A stretch of DNA of 34,660 nucleotides from NCBI GenBank assembly GCA_001724265.1, contig MEDY01000087.1:124001-158660 (forward strand). Reading direction: 5' to 3'. Under the pieces are notes generated by a model. The model ran no database searches and was not told the origin of the DNA. It saw only the letters and a program-made list of their open reading frames with translations. The DNA comes from Rhizaria sp. SCN 62-66 (Eukaryota). Positions 31,501 to 34,660 of this stretch are shown in pieces; the stretch's first letter is position 1; each line of letters begins with the position of its first letter. The translations under genes were made by a program, and so were the position numbers.

Positions 31501-33599
31501 GCGGGCTCAGCGCCCTTGCCCTCATTCTTCCCCTCGGTCTTGCTCGCGGCCTCGGGGCCGATCTCGGGGACGGCGGCGCGCGGGGGCCTGAACTTGTTCT
31601 TGCGCTCGCCTCGGGGCTCGCAGCCGCAGTAGCGGTGCGCCTGCGGGTGCGCGCGGTCGCCGCGCGCGGGCACATCGCACAGCACCAGCGCCGCGCGGTT
31701 GGCCAGCACTGCGAGCGCCAGCGCCCACAGGGACGGCGGCAGCGTCGCGCCGCCGATTGTGCTCCCGCCGGCCGCGGCCGCTGTGGCGCCGGCAGCCACG
31801 GCAGTACTCGCGGCCGCTGCGTTGCTCACGGTCCCCGCGGGGCCCACAGTCGCAGGTCGGCTCGCCGGCGCCAGCGTGTTCAGAGCGCCGCTATTTGTCG
31901 AGCCGCCGTGTGAATGTGCATCATCAACAACAGCAGCGGTGGAGAAAAGCTCTTGTTGGCTGTGCGCGTTGCGTTCGTTCGCGGTCAAAGGGACGGTGAG
32001 TGTTGCGTCGGCAGCGCCGCGGCACCACAGCCGTGTGTGCGGCAGCGACGCGAGGTGCGCGCAGAGCAGCGCGCGCAGCTGCGTGAAGGGCATAACGGCG
32101 TCGGGGGGCACGTACACGGGGCCGCTGGGCAGCGTGAACGCGGGCATCGCGGGCGCTGCGGGCAGCACACAGAGAGCAGCGGTGCTGTCCACGCTCACGG
32201 CCGCTGAGGAGTCGTGTTTGCCAGCAGCAGCGCGACTGCTCGTGGCAGCGGCGGACGAAGTGGGCAGCGGGGACGGCGACGGCGACGGGGCGGTCGACGG
32301 CAGCTGCACTGTCATCGTCCTCGCCCGCGCAGCGCCTCTACACGCGGGGCCTGCAGGAGTTGGCGTCGGCGCAGTGACCGCGGAAAGCGGGGTGGCGACT
32401 GTGGGGAGGTGGGTCAGCGCTGAGGCCACCAGAGGCGACACGAGCGCGGCCTGCGTCAACGCAGCCAACGCCGGAGCAGAGGCGGAAGCACTCGCAGCAT
32501 CACTACGGTGACTGGCAGGTGTGGACGCGCGCGGGGTCGTTGGCACGGGTAAAGCCGCAGTGTGATGCGCCTGAGCAGTCTGCGTCTGCGTCTGCGTCTG
32601 CTGTGCTGGCTGTGTCAGTGGCGAACTGAGCGTGGAGGCCATCGCGAGCGCGGCCAGGGCGCGAGACCGCTCGCGCGCGCGCGCCTGTGCCTGTGCGCGC
32701 GCCTGAGCCTGGGCCTGGGTTTTGGCCTCCGCTTCGGCCTCCGCTGCCGCCGCTGTCGCAGCCTCTGCCGCCTCAGCCTTTGCCTTTGCTTCAGCCTCAG
32801 TCTCAGCAGTGGTTGCAGTCTCGGTCTCTGTTGTCGGCCGCGGCGAGGGTTGCATACTGCGTGGCGTGTGATTGTGGGTGTGACCGTGCGCACGGCTGTA
32901 AGTGGGCGACGGCGCAGGGCGACTGTGAGCAGTCTGGTGACCGTGGGCAGGCGGACTCACCAGCGCCTCGTCGCCATTACCTACAGTCGCACTCGTGGTC
33001 CCAATATCTGTAGCGGCTGCAACCCCATCGACACCCACAAGAAGCTGTTGCTGATGTTGCTGCTCTAGCAGCGCACGCGCAGAGAGGGGGAACGCGGGCA
33101 GGGCGATCGATGTTTCGAGAACAGGCGCCGTGTTGTGGCCACCGAGTACGGAATTCGGCGCTGTGGTGAGCCTCGTAGCGGGCGCTGTGGGCGAGAAGAG
33201 GCACCAGAGCAGTGTGGACAGTGCGCGCGTGTCTGTGGACGGGGCGGGCAGCGCGGTGTGAGCGACAGGAAGCGGTGCAGGCAGTGATGAGGGCCCGTAG
33301 GCAGTTGGCGGAAGCGACTGTGTAGGCGCAGGCGCGGCGGGACGGACCGAGCCCGGGGGAGCGCTGGAAAGAGATGTGAGCAAGCCAGGGTACGTGGTGG
33401 CAAGCGCAGACTTAAGCGCAAGGTATTCGGCATCTGTGGGAAGTAGCGAAGTGCCGGGAAGCGAGCCGTGGACGGGTGCGGGTGGAGCGGCCGTTGAAGC
33501 TGATGCGGAGGCGCTCGACGACGCTGAAAGTGACACCGAGATCGGCACACGCGCTGGCGGTGGTTGTGGACCCACCAAGGTTGGCTGATGCGCCTGCAT
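22587..33599 (-). CDS. Giant (3670 aa) single-ORF protein with two tandem cyclic-nucleotide-binding (CNB)-like domains split by low-complexity insertions
   Basis: An uninterrupted 11-kb ORF ending in TAA. CNB1 pieces: LLPVPFVADL...VVVLQGAVQV (~28470-28240) and LALLGPGCSFGG...QPHSALALEPSLVAVL (~26550-26370). CNB2 pieces: VLARVPALSHLTAREITALA...GQVLLQQG (~26305-26180), VIPLTGTFDV (~24850-24815), LGTVGPYSLLGELSAL (~24750-24700) and RTASVVSR...VVVIARADWDAVL (~24390-24310). Confidence 0.8.
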   Translation of the reverse strand: MQAHQPTLVGPQPPPARVPISVSLSASSSASASASTAAPPAPVHGSLPGTSLLPTDAEYLALKSALATTYPGLLTSLSSAPPGSVRPAAPAPTQSLPPTAYGPSSLPAPLPVAHTALPAPSTDTRALSTLLWCLFSPTAPATRLTTAPNSVLGGHNTAPVLETSIALPAFPLSARALLEQQHQQQLLVGVDGVAAATDIGTTSATVGNGDEALVSPPAHGHQTAHSRPAPSPTYSRAHGHTHNHTPRSMQPSPRPTTETETATTAETEAEAKAKAEAAEAATAAAAEAEAEAKTQAQAQARAQAQARARERSRALAALAMASTLSSPLTQPAQQTQTQTQTAQAHHTAALPVPTTPRASTPASHRSDAASASASAPALAALTQAALVSPLVASALTHLPTVATPLSAVTAPTPTPAGPACRGAARARTMTVQLPSTAPSPSPSPLPTSSAAATSSRAAAGKHDSSAAVSVDSTAALCVLPAAPAMPAFTLPSGPVYVPPDAVMPFTQLRALLCAHLASLPHTRLWCRGAADATLTVPLTANERNAHSQQELFSTAAVVDDAHSHGGSTNSGALNTLAPASRPATVGPAGTVSNAAAASTAVAAGATAAAAGGSTIGGATLPPSLWALALAVLANRAALVLCDVPARGDRAHPQAHRYCGCEPRGERKNKFRPPRAAVPEIGPEAASKTEGKNEGKGAEPARAGALSVPGSAAALRRRGSLGLHPVRIMLPTPSPSVQNAMTLTQERENTPQNTQSVTQEQQDKKKRQSPVAPAPSAINVTVAGASDATGTTPASGSTSVAATADAAPATTVSPAPAAAVAGGTSAKKGKRGSFKRRSKGRRSTRDDAYDSDDDSDRDPLALILATPTSSSDSFSDSESDHGGIHEDDEDAERAEARAAAAELRRRQRASRKLVRAYNSARSGGDSTPTSSTSDSNTAFSGNDDDDDEVGLTLDVADSSNSGNMLVVPGQRSSSRSHSRAYTPLNAAAMQRLPPTPQHIRGDASSIWRSLPTTPANAADLDATAHVHGHGHGHGQGQGHGHGRRHGSRPPSTSQHLREDHDDGDDSDDEAVVTADGSCLRCCRPVAPLLPHCSFGHFAFHVAAWLTPPPAPPALAQQNATDADAAASSTTAPESGATSTGETAASAYISNSSSSVSAHVTDAPYLHPRSMVSVASHAAAAQAAGAQLQPHHRHELVPETMAPAASNTAGLSTLPTVTAATIARGIITANSSGPPAPVPLPLPQTLQRMASATHTGGASTVGRTGSVSASSTGGSPSMLFMRAPSFALPASASASAAAGTALPVSLAGPHSPALAGGAAASAGGAELAESALAAMAIESTPFAGVRRIQPPRLMPLLSLVSSPAQKTQAQSLLHGPGLGAMASITRPLSVAATNTAHQQQAHVMAAPTAAGGFTSNAIAIDLESLPPVRLDSDDMHSQSHLQLHSKSHSQTHSRAQSHTTTLTTTTTATVTTTTTTTTTTAERLGGPAAPFAAELAVFRSSLLSDACAALPGDLHHLPPALELACALLSAALVGSAVGDALDAAAVGMAAAVARAFNVPGERTSGAQASASAGGGGRSGVVLWEDTAAGVYTHATADLSGGQERKSESEDNNSANNRRSTSNMTTVTVIGETVRGPTPGSTESRRRSISFFDPPRAPSAPRSTTQVPRTLAAPVRRPTATNTFGARVAGVPRYCPRSHPFASAASAAATAALIAQLLPVPFVADLMLTPAELLLSLPFALSLARVPAHAPVVAAGSVSTALPSAAQWGAPTVTGAALVVVLQGAVQVLAPPDVAVAAVPMPSLSLALPYHPGATSDAGGPAGNGNADNSDAPATAGASVPVAVLATTLAQARHKRARAQALHRNQTQLAAFPSRPRDVGAIDAMQGALSHLATVASAAVNTHGSSASTGVYGLWAGCDASDGGGDTSASSYSSSSSLSQARGGSHSSSSSGSSSGSGSESESDSEAQARRRRRSAKCNRKQFFRKSGSASDSGSPHAHLASDSDQDSTSGSGSDLQSHSRSCSCSCSCSDSYTDTDTGSDSEHDITSASATIAVPSRAPPAGLPGSHSGSGSVPGPGSPFAPVPVGYSTEAAMRDARVRELDRKVALVLGARALPLPGAAGHESEATVRGARALVAARARAAEAANAAEAAAEDTKGNTKVTATTTVGRSAAAAADAAVAAAAAAAKAERADKEAARESEKDSGKHRHRHRRRHRHHSHGHKHRHRDRRPPSAPAAPEPGSGGASAPAEGGELALLRLQVASATAPRTAAPPATRLLPPAVPLPPGAAATAAAANATGASGSAATVVGPYAGTGLSPLVPPALFAGANNGLDNTAGSAPARFSVAQQQNQQQRPLALLGPGCSFGGHGLWEALSPFLLSPHCRPPRPWAPLAAWRQPHSALALEPSLVAVLTPHALLRAPLLLRRARALLRFKRRVLARVPALSHLTAREITALAARAVLRRVPARGQVLLQQGVHVANASALGDGVPAPPPPGAEPGASIRPVSFATAEDADFNGTVVGGVVDAAAAAAAAADAAEYGDIDERDDGNGENDEFDDDNNEANDSEGSDEAGAFRSFSGSRRVRLPSFVCAGVLRVLPLQTAPHPVALDAYLSAPALLPSSLPPQLLPPGAPSMQAYAQAAADALPALHVAAAAEGLLRPPAGPPQLPHDRGGCPLVVATAVTASVSASGGGAAPAAAVATAVMQADLLSAAARALAYHWPARTTLDTACASVRHAATPDGDEADADNTDTVAVTAAKTEAEAQTRQKRRAALRRAARTDPAAAAAASAARSRARARARARALWSPHASARALAAASAVDEGAPHLRGVGALPLARRRAAAEHNASLALSTDALAAAAYVFPSSPGLNLNNTSAVDSANAKIAASAKRVPLSATARVCRALGLGSVTQIPALAESPQPDGVVIPLTGTFDVLQELPPRAARNGSGKSNGSVLHLGTVGPYSLLGELSALSLQLPYLVRLMRAQNPLARAKEMQPLYARAAPPPSAPSCPLQQQDHVISARTASLAGAGAEFGGVNSTKRSIERSAGGLISLPLYTAHLAGTVLGESWRTAAGVRTASVVSRDCESVVVVIARADWDAVLSPDGLLGVWRSGACTAATAGPAAALSASAAPIAVPVLPGDAADAGVAAVAPPGSGAAGAGATGVACADDLRLALAEDKRWRRYRAALAAQHAGAHASAVSMRPAPAQGHSAASGAVTERSALHRLQQSGSFGDTGGADAGTGYSLPRAALRRPRTTTAIHGDKNSNDPLAGVPTQMLRTALQYQQRRAFSQAGRPATFGSLIAGPGAPGSAVTNASSAGPMSASGLTSYDLYEHSFTLRLERPEDAAGPSTPRIRRQTTQQHSLSQSLRAGAPQSLPQLVSHRAHANNNTSSFSSTTTHNVSFAPLNISAANSTARGRPLPPNSPPSAAAAAASLAAASARAHRRALHAAGASAVLGEVTNRGGRALPAGLTGEMSGSVRAHRREARGLAEGERVRLGAGIVLTKDAVAEGAEVVTVATVGETSRAAAYKASAAAAEGAAAAIVAAAAASAAATAAAGPAAAAAAAAAAAAGTGRRKGDAGEEAAAAATAAVAAASSAAGVAAAAAVSRVPLQGQNWDGNVHEYFFSDAERLAGFGVSPAASQFDRVKRDMARSYARANVNTAGSGAHGAPTYY

Positions 33600-34660
33600 T
33601 CACGTGATAGTCCGGTCGATCACTCTTAGAAATGACAGTGGTAGCTTAAACGAAGGGGCGAATCTACGGTAGAGAGCGGAAGTGAAGAAACGGCATGAAA
33701 GCCAATGAATTTTGAGAAAATACGCTACATAATCCGTCAGGACCGATTCCAATACGACGACTAAAAATGAAAACCTAACTTTGATATAATACTCTAATTA
33801 TATCACTAAAAATTCACGTTCCATATCACTCTGAGAATCTTGCTGTGTGTGATAGTCTCGCTCCTCCTGCCACCGAACCTGTTTCCGGTGCGATGCGTGT
33901 GCCAGCATCAACAAGAATGAATTAACATTCTCGCTCAAAACAAAGCCTCTGCAGATAACCACGAAGTTTGTGGGATAATTCGATGTGCTGAAAATGGGGA
34001 AACTAAAACTAACCTTGCCTGAACTCATCACATCGCTCCATGGCTGGTTTGCATCAGCGTCGCAGTGCGGCCTTGCATGACTGAACACTGCAAAGGTCAA
34101 GTATAATACACCATGCTGCTGTTGCTGTTGTTGATGACATCATCACTACTAATATTAATACCGTATTAATACACGTATTATTAATGGTCATCAGCTTATT
34201 CGAACTGCTAATATTACTACTATTACTTTACAAGGGACAAGAATATCCGAAGCGCGGGACAAAATATCCTAACTCTGGCCTGACTGCCTTCAGTGCGCAA
34301 AATGTTTGATATGTTTCTGAAAGTTAACGTCGTTCGAATCTGAATAAATAAAATATATAAAGTATTAAATGTGCTACATGCGTAATTACAATTTGACGAT
34401 TCTAGATATCTTCATAAACACCTCATACCTTCTGATGAGCCTGCTTGAACTCTCTCGATGACTTCCGTCGCAGACATGAGGTGGTCAGTCATGCAATGTT
34501 GTCCGACTATATTCGTTGGTGAAATCAAAGCCCGCAGCTGCCTGGGTAACAAACTTCATGCAATGCCTGTAGAACTTCTCAAAATCGAGACATTGGAGTT
34601 CCTCAATTATCGATGTAAGCGCCTCTTGAGCTGAGGTGCACCGACGATGTTCTCAGCTAC

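Noticed and set aside
34110-34230. TAA/TAG/CAG-rich triplet stretch suggesting ciliate-type (UAR=Gln) polyQ
   Set aside because: The TAR and CAR runs are in different frames, and TAA clearly terminates genes here. It is best explained as a degenerate intergenic trinucleotide repeat.
1-34660. CRISPR arrays, tRNA/rRNA genes, prokaryotic operon or defence systems
   Set aside because: No repeat-spacer arrays or RNA gene signatures were seen; introns and gene content are eukaryotic.

Overview
A eukaryotic (protist-like) nuclear locus with very GC-rich, low-complexity coding regions separated by AT-richer spacers and GT-AG introns. Seven genes are supported: a 5'-truncated PhoD-type phosphatase with a C-terminal membrane anchor (+), PPP4R2 (-), a diacylglycerol lipase (DAGL)-like gene (-), an SLC35B1/HUT1-type ER transporter (+), an NLS + Myb-like + CaaX protein (-), a KOW/RGG/polyQ protein (+) and a 3670-aa protein with two fragmented cyclic-nucleotide-binding domains (-). 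The main observation: the DAGL-like frame runs in phase through two TAG codons (5844-5846, 5637-5639) between its transmembrane and catalytic halves. Both TAGs sit in Gln-like contexts, I found no plausible intron covering them, and none of the seven genes ends in TAG (3 TGA, 4 TAA). This suggests UAG-to-Gln recoding or readthrough, but nonsense mutation or sequencing error cannot be excluded. All family assignments come from motif recognition by eye, not database searches.
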